Of a stretch of DNA of 64,000 nucleotides, positions 26,653-39,270 are shown one piece after another. This DNA is from the human T2T-CHM13v2.0 reference genome, Homo sapiens. A model generated the notes under the pieces. It did not search any database. It worked only from the letters and a program-made list of their open reading frames with translations, and had not been told where the DNA came from. Each line of letters opens with the position of its first letter. Position 1 is the stretch's first letter. The position numbers and the translations under genes were made by a program. Location: the NCBI RefSeq assembly GCF_009914755.1, contig NC_060944.1, one strand, 5' to 3'.

Positions 26653-26919
26653 GACCTCTATCAATTACATTGCATTTTCCTAAATCTGATTTATTCAGCT
26701 TAGAATAACACCCTGGCGTAAAGGGTTATAGTAAGTTGTTCAAGGCAGCCATGGACACACACAGGTCCAGTTGAAAAATCCAATCAGATGAGTTAGAGAT
26801 ACATCCCATTTATCCTTCTGATTAACCAATCAGACTGGCATACATATTCACATATATCTTCTAATATCACAAAACATTTTCTAAAATTGAACAGTATCAA
26901 AAAAGTCTTTCATCTACAC

Positions 26920-27143
26920 CAAGGATTAGCAAACTGTGGACCTTGGGGCCAAACTTGAATCATTCCCTACTTTTGTAAATGAAATTTTATTGGAACACAA
27001 CCACACCCACTAATTTACCTATTGCTATGGCTGCTTTTGTGCTACAATGGCAAAGATGAGTAGTCGTAATAGAGGTTGTATAGTTCACAAAGTCTAATAT
27101 ATTCATTATCTGGCCCTTTACAGACATAGTTGATCAATGCCTG
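26920..27143 (+). mobile_element. MER58A (hAT-Charlie)
   Basis: ttttgtaaatgaaattttattggaacaca...tggctgcttttgtgctacaatggca...tctggccctttacaga; degenerate 8-bp TSD atctacac/ctctaaac. Confidence 0.88.
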
Positions 27144-27159
27144 CTCTAAACTATGTGGA

Positions 27160-27356
27160 GAAGAGTCATATACTTAAGGGCCTGAACAGCAATATCGATG
27201 AGTGAAGTGGAACAACTAGAATATAAAAAGCAATATAATTTTGGTTGAGCCAAGAAGTATTCTCATACTGGTCTAAAAATATTCAATTTTAAAAACATGT
27301 AGGCCAAAACAATTCACAGCAGATTAGGCCCCTAGTCAACCAGTTTACAACTTATG
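27160..27356 (+). mobile_element. MER102-like hAT fragment
   Basis: atgagtgaagtgg...attcaattttaaaaacatgtaggccaaaac...ccagtttacaac. Confidence 0.5.
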
Positions 27357-28375
27357 AACTGAGTTCATAAGCACAAAGAAAGGCACTCCTCCACCACCCC
27401 ATAATGAGCAAGGCTGCCTCTCTACAAACAAGCTTGGCCACAAGATCTTCTCTTTATTATGTGAAATAAGGTTACTTCCTTTACATCCTCAACACCTCAG
27501 CCTTCTATCCACACCCATTTTAAAATTGTGACTGCTTGGATTTTTCTTAAATAGGAAACTTGTCATGCTCAGCTATATATCCCATTGTTGCTCTTCCAAA
27601 CCACAAAGACTAACAGAGACTTGACATCACAGCTTATAAGGGTTTGATTAAATGCTTACCATGGAGCCACCTTATTTGCTGGTCCATGGGGGGAGGGATG
27701 TCATCCTTGATAATAATTTATTATTTGTAGTTCTCATGTCCTTACTTGGCAAATTTATAACTGGCAACCCTGGATTTTATTTTATTTTTAAACTGATTTA
27801 TGAAATCCCAAAGTATGGAAACCACTGGCCTAAGAGGCACATAATGCAGCAGTGCAAGGATGGCTTTGCTGATCTTTGCTTTGGTCCTTCCTTAGTGATT
27901 TTACATCATGTAAGCTCTCAATTGTCCAAACTTATTCTTCTTATATCTAAATTCTTAGGGAACTTCTCACTGAAATCAGAATTTATAACTAAAAGCACAT
28001 ACCAAGGAGATAACAGCTATTGCCGGCCCAGTCTTAAACAAGGGAAAGCTGAATCCTAGAATGTTTTATGTCTTGAAGGAAGCCCTAAATCCAAGAGAAA
28101 GGCCTTGAGAACTATGTGTGTAGAAGGCAGACATCAGAAACATGCTGCTTGCGGGACAGGAGAGTAGGAACTTGCATATAGTGAATGTCTGCCATATCTA
28201 TTTCCTTTAGCAAACCATATCAAGTAGAGCTATCTCCAATTTATGAGTTAAAAACTTGAACAACCTTACCATGATTAGGCAAACTTGCTCAAGGTTAACA
28301 AGTCATTGATAAACTCAGTATGACTGAGGTAAAAGCTTTTATTTCAGGTTGGAGCAATAGCTAACCTTTCTATTC

Positions 28376-28724
<349 letters not shown>

Positions 28725-29071
28725 TAAAAGGTTTAGAAAATTATCCTAAGTCAGTTGAAGCAAAGTTAGAGAAGAACCCAGTAAGATATCATAACATTTC
28801 TTTAACGGACTCAAATCTTCAAGTGAAATCCATCCAGGAGTATGAGAGTGCTGCATGTGGCATACAGAATCTCTGTCACCAGTCTTTGGGAAATTTTATA
28901 AATAATTAAAGAGGTTCCTACATACCAGGAAAGATAAAAAGTCTCCACATTTTCAAGGAGAAAAAAATATGGGTTAGAGCAACCAGTGAATTAAAGAAAT
29001 TCCTGGAACAATTTTAGATTTGGTTATTAAACAGAAGGTTTATGAATTCTTAGAAAAACAAGTAGTAGTAT

Positions 29072-29455
29072 TTTATCTATCAGTTAGTTTACAGGAATCA
29101 GAAAGTTAGAAGGCCCATCTTGCAGAAAGAAAACGCTGGTGTGTGCTCCATAATTAAAAAGAACAGACAACCATATCCTTGATCCTAATGTTGACTATTC
29201 AAAATTCAGTCTCAGGAGAGAAGCTCTGATTGGCCAAGCCTATACCCAAGCTGTGCTTTTGTTCTATCAGGGCAGATAAAGAGTGGTTCTGGATTCTTGG
29301 GCCATCATGGTCTGAGGAAGGAAGCTGGGTTTGCCTGTCTGCCAAGCCTACAGAAGTAGAGGGTTACAGTTCATTCTCTAAAAGGAAATCAGTGTGCATT
29401 TTGGAAAGAAAACAGGATTCTAGACCACAAAAATATTGGCAATTGTCCTCAACAA
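29072..29455 (-). mobile_element. old MLT1 (L/N-like) LTR
   Basis: ctctgattggccaagcc...ctctaaaaggaaatcagtgtgc...caaaaatattggcaattgtcctcaaca. Confidence 0.5.
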
Positions 29456-29747
29456 TTGAAAAATAGGTTGGATTCATGACATACTTGCCTCTTTCATTTT
29501 TAAAAAGTGTTTTTGGACAAGTAGATGCCATGTATGTGATTCATTCATCAAGGTCCTTAGAAGAGTTTCTCATGATACCCTTGCAAAAAGATAGAAAAAT
29601 GGAAGCTGGCAGGTGGTATATGTTCATGGCTGGTAGAATATTAAAACCATTATTGAATCTCAGTGAGGATTGCTCTCTGGACCAAGAGTGCTATAATCTT
29701 TTCCAGTTCAACATTATAATAATCACTTGAGTGAGAAAAATAAAAGA

Positions 29748-30258
29748 GTTAAGACTCTTGTAGTTGCAAGTGACAGAAATTCAACCAGAAAATTTCTGAA
29801 GTGAGGCTGCAAGCACAGCTTGGATTATGAAACTTGACCAATGTGATAAAAATGTTGTCCTTTTCTCACTGTCTCTTGGCTCTGCTTCCTCTCTGTTGCC
29901 TTTATGCTATAAAACCATCTCCATATGGTGTTAAGGATGGCTCCATGACTCTATTCTTACATTCCATCAGGTTGGCAACTTCAGACAAGGAAAGTTTTCC
30001 CAGCAGAAGCCCTGAGATGACTCTTATTGTCTGAATTGGTATATGTGTTCAATCTTGAATCAATTACCAGAGTCCAAGTTGATGAAGTGTTCCGATTAGT
30101 CAAGCCAAAATCACATACCCACCCATGGAGCCAGGGGGCTAAGTAAGCTCCCCTCAAACCACCTGGATAAAGAGAAGAGAAGACATAGTACTAAAAAAAA
30201 TTGAGGTTTTCTTACAAAAAAAGGGGATTTTGAATAGACAAAAATAATGAACATCTTT
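29748..30258 (-). mobile_element. MLT1K-like LTR
   Basis: gactcttgtagttgcaagtgacagaaattcaac...gattagtcaagcc...tcacatacccacccatggagccagggg. Confidence 0.75.
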
Positions 30259-31909
30259 TAAAACATGATTTTTCAGTTTAGAGGTGGCACGAAACTGAGA
30301 GATGTAGCTATTAATAATATTGACAGGAAGAAGGTTCAAAAGATTTCAATAAGCTACTGGAGTGGGCTTAAACTAACACAATTAAATTTAATCAGAATAG
30401 AAGGAAAGTTTAACATTGGCATCAAAATCTCAGTTACATAAGTAATGTTGGGGCTATTACTTCAATGCCAAAGCATGAAAGTTTTAGTTGTCTACAAATT
30501 CAATTATTTATTAACCACCTAAAAAGCTAATGTAATTCTCTGCTGTTTTACAAGAGCTATACTGCCTCAGTGATCATTGTCCCACTGTATTATGCACTGC
30601 TTGAATATTTCTGGGTGTCTATTTTCAATGCTAGTCATTGACAATAACCATATAACCAGAGGAAGATGCCCACAAGAACAGACAATTTATTGCCAAGCAA
30701 GTTATATAATATATCTAAAGTCAAATAGAAACAATATTTTTTCCATAATTCACATCCTGTTTATTATAGATAAAAGTTGACTATATCATATCCAGAGTGT
30801 ATATACAGCATCCAGAGGTCAACCTAGTTTCTTCTTAGACACTTGGTATAAGCAAAAAGTAAGTAAGCCTTGGCTAAGCCTTTATTGCCCAGGGGCAAAG
30901 TAATCTTTAAATATATGCTCTAGGAAACACACATATCAAATAGGGAATCCTTTGTGCTTGATGTAAAAGAAACAACATTAAAATGTCTTTTTAACATAGA
31001 CACACATAATATGTATATATATGGATAAGTATGGCTATGGATATATACAAATACATACAAACTCAAACACAAATACAAACAAATCCATACATCAGTGTAT
31101 TTGTTTCACATGACTGTTAGGAAAGTATTTCTGCATAAGAACAACTAGCACAAAGTCCTGAAACTGTTCTAAACCATGGGGAAGGACTGCGCTATCTTAA
31201 ATGTTGTCTTTTTGAAACTTTCTTTAGTGACACATTAACCTCTGTGTTGTTGACCACAGCACAGACCAGTTTTCCTCACTTCCTGTTATCTTGTTCTCAT
31301 TTGATAGTGAGGCTCAGAGGGTGTCTGAGGGGAGGGAACATTTTGGTACAAAGGCAGTTGGCAAACAGGAAAAGCAGCCCCCTTGCTGGTTACAGGTTAA
31401 TAACGACAGCAGGGAGAGGAGTTCCTTAGAATTCCCTTGAGCTGGTCAGCTTCCCTTGAGGTCAAAAAGTCCTAGGGCAGCTTTAATCTGCTGTATAAAG
31501 GCAAGGAAAAGTCACTTCTGGTTTACCGTAAAACAAAAAGAGCTCCTTATTGGATCAGAAGCTGCAGAAATGCTTATAGTCAAGTGGGTTCTGTTGGTTG
31601 TGGAGAGCTGATGAGGTTAGTTTGTTAGAACACACTTTGTGAACCATAAAATCTACAGAAGTAATTTATAGTTGTTTGCCAAAGGGATTTTTCTAGGCAG
31701 CTTCTATATACTACATACTCTTTTAAGTACTTAAGTTAAATTTTAATTTTAACAACATTAGTTGAAATCACGGTGGTTAAGTCTAAAACATATTGCTTTC
31801 TTTCTTATCTTTTTAAATAAAATATATTTGACCAAACAGTCTTTCTTATACAACCTAATGGGATCATTTATGAACATCAGGTTTTGAAATATGGTCCAAT
31901 ATATACTAA

Positions 31910-32150
31910 TTGCCATTTATTGAAAACCTGTTGTGTGCCAGGTATTGTGCTAAGCCCTATGCAAAAAACTTAGATGATTTAATCTGCAAAACAACCTGCC
32001 AAGTCAGTGTTATGCCCATTTACTTATTTTACATATAATTAAACCATGGTCTAGAAAGCTTAACTCACATGAAGTTAAACAACCAGTAAATAGTGCCCAT
32101 AGAAGTAGAATCTAGTTGTGCCAAAATGCAAAATCCAAGCTTAAAATCAC
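31910..32150 (-). mobile_element. MIR SINE
   Basis: catttattgaaaacctgttgtgtgccaggtattgtgctaagc...tttaatctgcaaaacaacc. Confidence 0.8.
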
Positions 32151-32182
32151 CAGTGTGTACCTTACAGTAGTGCTCTCAGAAG

Positions 32183-32457
32183 AGTGTTGTGTTGGCAAAT
32201 GTTTAGTAAACAGCTCTCCAGAAAAAGTGTATGTATACACACACACTACACACACATATATGTGTGGGTGTGGTATATATACTTTGTAATAAAGTATATA
32301 TATGTTTTATTATAAATTTTACTGATATAAAAGGAATTAACAAGTTAGAATAACTAAAATACATAATTTGGTATTATAATTATTATAAATTCCATATCAT
32401 CAGTTGAATATCACAGAATACACTTGATAATTTTTGCCTAATTCTTTTATTGCAGAC
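32183..32457 (-). mobile_element. MER63C/D-like terminal fragment
   Basis: gtgttggcaaatgtttagtaaacagctctccag...tttattataaattttactgatataaaagg...taaattccatat. Confidence 0.7.
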
Positions 32458-33660
32458 AGCTACAATAGAAACTTTTAGAAGGAAACATAGGAGAAAATCT
32501 TTTTAATTTGGAGCAAAATGGACATTTCCGCAAAGCATTCTTAGACGTGAGACCAAAAGCATGACTCATAAAAGAAAAAATAAATTGGACTTTATTAAAA
32601 TTGAATTTTTCTTTTTGCTTCAAGAGACACCATTAAGAAATTGAAAAGATAAGCCATGGATTGTGAAAATTATGTGCAAATCATATATTGGACAGAGGAC
32701 TTGCACCCAGAATATACATAGAACTCTCAAAGCTCAATATTAAGAAAACAAACACACACTTAATAAAAACTGAACAGATTTGAACTTATATCTCCTTTGA
32801 GCCAAAAGGGATAATAGAGATGGTAAATGTGCACATGAAAAGTTGTTTGACACCATTAACCATTAAAAATACAAATTAAAGCTGTGATAAAATACCACTA
32901 CACACCTATTAGATGGCTAAAATAAACAGTACTGACAATATCAAGTGTGACAAGGATGTAGAAAAGCTGGAACTCTCACACATTGCTAATGGAAATGCGA
33001 AGTGACACAGCAGCTCTGGAAAATAGTGTGGCACTTTCTTATATCATTAAACATACACTTATCAATGACTCAGCCGTCTCACTCCTAGGTATTTACCCTA
33101 GAGAAATGAAGACTTTTATGTTCATGCCAAACTCTGCATGTGAATACTTAAAGCAGCTTTATTTATAATTGCCAAAAGCTGTAAACAGCCCAGAGATACT
33201 TCAGCAGGTGATAAAGAAACTGTGGTACATCCATACAATGGAATACTACTCAGGGATGAAAAGAAATGAACTATTGTACCTGAAACAACTTGAATGTATC
33301 TTAAAGGCATTCTGTTGAATGAAAAAAAGTCAGTCTCAAATATTACACATTATATAATACTATTTATATAAAATTCTCATAAAGAGAAGACTATAATTCT
33401 CATGAAGAGAAGACTATAAGGATAGAGAACAGATTAGAGGCTGCCAGAGATTAGGTGTAGTTGGAAAGTATGACTACAAAGAGGTAGCATGAGAAACTTT
33501 TTCGAGGTGATGGAACTTTTCTGAATCTTGATTGTGGTGTTGGTTATATTAATCTATATATGTATTAAAACTCGTATTACTATATACCAAAAGAAAAAAA
33601 GTAAAAGTCAATTTTACTGCATGATAATTTTTAAAATTGAATTGAATTTAAAAAGTTAAA
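32458..33660 (+). mobile_element. 5'-truncated old L1 (L1ME-like): ORF2 end and 3' UTR
   Basis: tagaaggaaacataggagaaaatc...ctcctaggtatttaccctagagaaatgaa...gagaacagattagaggctgccag...ggtgatggaac...cttgattgtggtg. Confidence 0.88.
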
Positions 33661-36242
33661 ATTTATAAAAATTTTTAAAAAGTCAATACATAATAATTCT
33701 GTGAGGTTTTTTTTTTTTTTTTTGGTCTCAATTACCTCTAATTAGGTTACTTTGGTAGTCTGTGATTTCTAATGAACTTATCAAGAATAAGTATCCACTT
33801 TGCTTATGTCCTTTACCATTTCGGGCAAAATCACAACTTAATTCGCTCCACTGTACATGACCTTCTCAAGTATGGGAGAGTGTGTTTTGGTTCAGTACCA
33901 AGCACTTCAACAATTTGCAGGGCTCCTTAGTACCCTATACCATTCATGAAATTCTTACCGTTTGCAATTCTATTCTTACAACCTCTGAAACTGGTCTTAC
34001 CATCTGACCATCTCTTTTCCTCTGCTGTTGACTATATATAGCTCCAAATTATCTCACTAAGTCCTATATAGCCCCTTTGGACCATCTGAGATAGCAAGAG
34101 AAGGCTTAAAGCCTACAGAGGGCGCTCCAGGCTATGTGGTCTCCAGAAGTAGAAGCCCCTCTGAAACATCTGTTAGATGTGGTGTCAGTGGCCAGGTGAT
34201 GGGACTTACCGGACAGAATGTCTGTGTCTCTACTGTTTCACTCCGATTAGTAAGAGGTTCAGAGATGATAATTCATTACGCTGCTTCATAATGTTCTTCT
34301 TAACATTAGTGAGGATATACAGGAGAGATTGTTATCCATACATATTTTGCAAGGTGAATTATAAATACTTAAATACAACAGCTTACTTTAAGGCAAGAAA
34401 TTCCCAATAGAATATCCACTAGCATAAATTCTGGTTTCTTGGCTGTCCTGCATTTCTCTTCAAATGGTTTTGAGGACACCTCTATTTCTGAGGCTACTCC
34501 TAGTGGTTTCCCTGTAGAAAAAAGCAACCTGGAGAATTCTGTATTTTAAAACACAAATTGTAGGCAGTTTAGCCATAAGAGTGTAATCACTGATAAGATA
34601 CTTTATAATACTTCAGTGAACATCAGTGTGGTGCCACCAGAGTTGGGGGAAGAAATTTCTCCTAGACCCAGCTACATCTGGTGTCCCACAATCCTCGCTG
34701 GGATGAAGCACACCTGATACCTTCCCAGGGGTAGTTTTAGCCATGCTTGCTGAAGGGCACACTGGAAAGACCTAACATTGACTCAAAACAGTATCTTTAT
34801 CTTATTCAGCAAGGGTCGCCTGTAATATCCAGTACTTACAGCTGATGCTGGGAACTTCTGTCTCCTCTGTCAGGCATTCTTATATATTTTAAACCTGAAG
34901 CTGGTGTAATCACCAATCATTTTTAGTGTTTCTGTGTTCCACACACATTCTAATCTTGAAATTCTCAACACTACCATAATTAGTACCACATTCAGACTAT
35001 GAGACTGGGATAAACTGGCGTTATTTCAGATATCTCTTAAATTGCTCTCTAACCAACAAGACTCTTAGAACGTTTCCCAAAAGGTAGAAAAGCCCTTTGT
35101 GCTTAGCCCACAACCCAGATATGGGAAGGAAACTACTTACTCCTAGCTAATAGCTCTATCCTCCACCTCTCATCCCATTCTACGGGCAGTTGGGGAATCT
35201 GCAAAGTCCATGCTTTGAACACTGAATTACCAGCTCTATCCCTCCTCCTATTTCCACCCTCACTGCTCCCAATTGGTTGGGTTGGATCCAGCCTGGAACT
35301 TCAAACCTTTTCCCCAAAAGCTCATGATCCATCTTTTCTCAAGCCAGAGAAGGATCGTTTGCATGGGTGAAGTTCTCCAATGGCCTTAATTCTTAGTGCT
35401 CACAATAGTGAAAGGAACTTGGGTGCTCTTGTTAAGGGAAGATTCTGAGCTTATCTTGGAGTTTCCCCTAGTCTTCTTGCAGATGAAGCTGATAGGTTTC
35501 TGTTACCTACCATCTTTTATTGGGCTCACACCACAAGATGCCTAGTTTTTTTATTATTTCTGCATTTGATCATGCAGCCTGGTCATTTGAGACTCCCTAC
35601 AACACTTGCTTGCTTTTCTCCCAACTTTCTATCTTCCATTTTTCTCTCCATCCCTCCATTCCCAGAGCTTTACACAAAAAAGTGTTTCATATCATTGTAG
35701 ACTGGAAGTTTCTTCATCTTCTCTCTGCTAGGTGGTCAAGACTTTATGATGAGTTTACATGAGGTTTTTTTCATCGGCTAGGGATTTGTTCTGCTATTGG
35801 AAGTCAGTCAAGCAGAAATCTGTGCTAAGCAAGACAGAGTGGACATGAGAGATATTCTCTTTTTGAACAGGTAAGATTTGAAACCTTAAAAATCTAACCT
35901 GCTGAGCAGTATAGAGCCACAGCTACCTAAGTGCTCTAAACCTTGAACTTCTACCATGCACTTACTAATGAAATAGAGAAGTAGTAATAAAAATTGATTT
36001 TAATCCTTTTAATTCTCAGATATAGGAAGAGAAAACCCTCATATTATAAAATTTTCTGATAACTTCTTGTTTTGATGCTTTCTGGCTTGGAGGACTGAAG
36101 GAAGAAAATTAGCCATATAGTCAACTTCAGGGAAAATGTATAAACCTAGCTTTTTGGATCTGAGGTCAAGAACTGTAGTTGCCTGTTACTACTTTACTTG
36201 GCTTAATTCTCTCTGGCCTTTGTAACATCTAAATAGTGTTAC

Positions 36243-36772
36243 TGTATCAGTCAAAGTCAAACTAGGGATAAGAAACCACTTGAGTATTTGAAACAGAAAA
36301 AATACAATACAAGAAATTAGTTACTCAGATGATGGAAGCTCTGGAAGCCACACAAGGTACAAGAGGCAACCCGGGAATTAGCAAAGGTTAGAATCCTCTA
36401 CCACCTCCTGGCTGGAAGGACAGAGGAAAGAGGTGGTTTTACTGGTGCTTAAGGACGGGGATCACATGGTGAAAGATAGAACCACTGCGAGAAAGAGCTG
36501 AAACCAACAAGAAAATGCAGCCATGGCAGGGGTGCTGCCCAAAATGGAGAAGGGGTAAAAGTGGGGGAGAAATACTATTATTTTTTTCCTTCCTCTCACT
36601 CTCTGGTCTCTTAGTAGTGGCTCCCATGGGCCAAACCCATCCAGAAGCAAGATAATGTGAGATGCTGGAAAATTCATCCTGATGGGATCAACCTCCTTCT
36701 TCCACAATAAACAGCAGATGATGGAAAGGATAAATGGAGAATCTGTGGGAAAGATGGCCTAGGACTAGCCTG
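36243..36772 (-). mobile_element. LTR41B-like ERVL solo LTR
   Basis: tgtatcagtca...gaaaccact...gtatttgaaacaga...gaggcaacccgggaattagcaa...ggctggaaggacagagg...ggccaaacccatccagaagc. Confidence 0.7.
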
Positions 36773-37423
36773 GCTAGTGGAGACACATCACAAATGAAGA
36801 GATGGTTGGACCTGATTTTAGGACTTCTCCTTCCTGTAATGGACAATTTGTAATCAGGTTGGGAAGCGCTCTGCCACCTGCAGGAGCTAAAGTAGCAGCC
36901 ATGGGAAGGACATAAGCAGTTTGGGAGAGCTTCGTAACAGTGACTTCAAATTCTCAGCCTTCTCTCATGAACCACCTCAAGGCAATGACTCTCTAAGCTG
37001 ATGTAGTTCTGTTGTGTTCCTGTGTTTGAGACAGTCTATTCTCACATTTCCCTAGTGTGTTCTGAGTCACAGTTCATTTTATTCCCTGCCTGCATCACTT
37101 GCTTTTACACTCCTTACAAAATCATATACTTCTGGTACCCAATGGTGTCTAGCATAGGTTGCCTATTGTAAGGTGTCTTTCCCTCTTCCCAGTGTAGGAG
37201 CCAGAATCTTTTGTTCCTCTCACAAGCCCATCTGCCACTTTACCCAGTGATCTTTGATGCCTTTCCTAGTACTGTCTAACTCTCTTTAAAAATACAGAAA
37301 CAGTTACTGTGGAATTCTATGCGATCCTCCATGGCCTCCTTCTTCCAATAACTCCGAATGGAAATTCCTGTGGGGGAATAGCCCAATAAACACAATTATC
37401 CAGCAGAAGAAGGGCTTTCTGGT

Positions 37424-37901
37424 TGGATCAGTCAAAGTTCACTCAGGAGCACAGAGGTCATTCCAGGTACTCAGGTAGAAGGAATTTAATATGGGGAACT
37501 AGATACAGTGGTGTTGAAGGTAGTAAAAAACCAAAGGCCAATAAGGCAACAGCTTGAATTCACTACTACTGCTAGTAGGACAAGAGGGATAAAGGGAATA
37601 ATTGGAGTAATTAGAACCCAAGAATCAGAGCCATCCATAGGAGCTCATTAATAGCAGAGGTTTCCTGTTGGGATCAGGAACCAAGCTGGAGACACAGCCC
37701 CTGCCAGAGCCCATGCCTGAAACACAGAGGAAAAGGAATAAAAACCTGGCTTCTTCCTTCTGTCTGTCCTCCAATCTCTCCAGTGGTTTTCGTTGACTAA
37801 ACCAAGCCAGAAGCCACTTGGCAAGAGAGTCCAGGAAATGGAGCTTGCAAAGGAAGGGCAGGGGAAGGATTTAAGAGCAAACCAACAAATAACCCAGCAC
37901 A
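37424..37901 (-). mobile_element. LTR41B-like ERVL solo LTR (second copy)
   Basis: tggatcagtca...ggaatttaatatggggaact...cctggcttcttccttc...aagccagaagccacttggcaag...agagcaaac...cagcaca; 5-bp TSD CTGGT (37419-37423 and 37902-37906). Confidence 0.75.
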
Positions 37902-39109
37902 CTGGTTGCAATATTTGTTCTCAAGTCTTACACTTTTCGGTAGTTCTGAGATTTCTGCTGTCTGCTGCCAAAACTTTTTGGCTCCTGAGGGGTCCACTCT
38001 TGACACCCCAGCATCTTCCTGCTAGTGGTTTAAAAGACATGCAGATGCAGAATGTCATGGGCCTGGGTCTAGCCTATTGGTCTGGGTTTTTTTTAATTCA
38101 ACGTTAAGCCACAATTTAGTAATCCACTGTGACCTCTACCCTCCATCCCCTACTCCTAATTGCCACTCCTCACCCAACTATGAAGATCTATTCACAGCCA
38201 TAATGTGGGAGGGCATATTGGTGGAACGCTCATTTGCTAACAGAGCATGTGTGCAATTGTTTATGAAGATTTGTACATTATTGATATATCTTTCACTTTT
38301 AGTCACTGGGTCCACCAAGGTACTTCTATAGCTGGTAGCTTACTCTTTCTTCTACCACTCTCCTTCATCATACCAATATTTTTTCCTTTGTTTACCTTCA
38401 TGGGGTCTTTTATGCTTCCTTGCCAGTTCTAAAGCATGTGTGAAGAGCAGATACATCTATGTAAATGGTTTATATTTACTGTGAAAACTTATGAAATATT
38501 TATGAATTATTAATGTCGTTTCTAGGGCCACAATAAATCTCTCTTTTTCTCTCTCTCTCTGTGTGTGTAGTGTGTGTGTCTTTCTCTCTCTCTGAAGTGT
38601 AACCCTTCAATATGGTATAACTTTCTCAGACTGATTCTGCTACTCACTCAGGAGGGAATGTTAAATTCTACTTATTTTGCTTCAGTTTGTAAACTTTCTA
38701 GTGTTCTCTTTTTTCAAACTGGATTGTTAGATTATCTGAGGGTACCCACTCCCTTTGTTCAGAGCACAGCATTTGGTGGGCTGTAAAACAGAAGAGCTCC
38801 TTCAGACTTGTTTGACAAATGAGAGAAAAGGGGCAATGGTGGCAGGAGCTTGTACAGATAAAAAGGCTCTTCACCTTGGGCCAAAAGGTGCTACTTGGCA
38901 CCACCTCCACTTCCTGCTTTTGCTCAGGAAAGAAATCTGACAAAGCAGGAGACAGTCCTTGCCTTGCCTTCCTCACTCACAACCCCCTTTTTTGAGAACT
39001 GCCATCTTGTTCTCAAGATGGGCCATATACTAGTCTCTATTTCTATTTCTCCAGCTCTTGTCCATGCCACCCAGACAACTATGATGGCCTCTCCTTAGTT
39101 ATTACCCTG

Positions 39110-39270
39110 TAGATTAGTTTTGCATTATTGGATAAATGGAATCCTATAGTTTTCGTTTGGAATAATTTAGTCTTCGGAATCTCTTACTTAACATGATGCT
39201 TGTGGAATTCACCATGTAGTTGCATACAGCAATATTTTATTTATTCTTTTGCTGAATATTATTCCATTAC
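39110..39270 (-). mobile_element. old L1M fragment
   Basis: ataaatggaatcctatagt...acttaacatgatg...catgtagttgcatacagcaata...gctgaatattattccatt. Confidence 0.65.

Larger units (their letters stand above)
28800..30680 (+). mobile_element. L3/CR1 ORF2 (reverse transcriptase) fossil split by two MLT1 LTRs
   Basis: manual translation: EIHPGV, TESLSPVFGK, IFKEK, then QFRGGTKL...DRKKVQK and DFNKLLEWA*TNTIKFN...KV*H, collinear with the CR1 motifs EIHPRVL, KFADDTKL, QKDLDRL..WA and KFN..KCKVLH. Confidence 0.75.

Noticed and set aside
36243-37906. Collapsed provirus with paired LTRs
   Set aside because: The second LTR has its own TSD, the copies are very divergent, and the spacer shows no internal retroviral sequence.
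38200-38450. Possible pseudogene or exon fragment
   Set aside because: Frames are short and closed, and I recognise no protein similarity; a tblastx/Dfam search would be needed.
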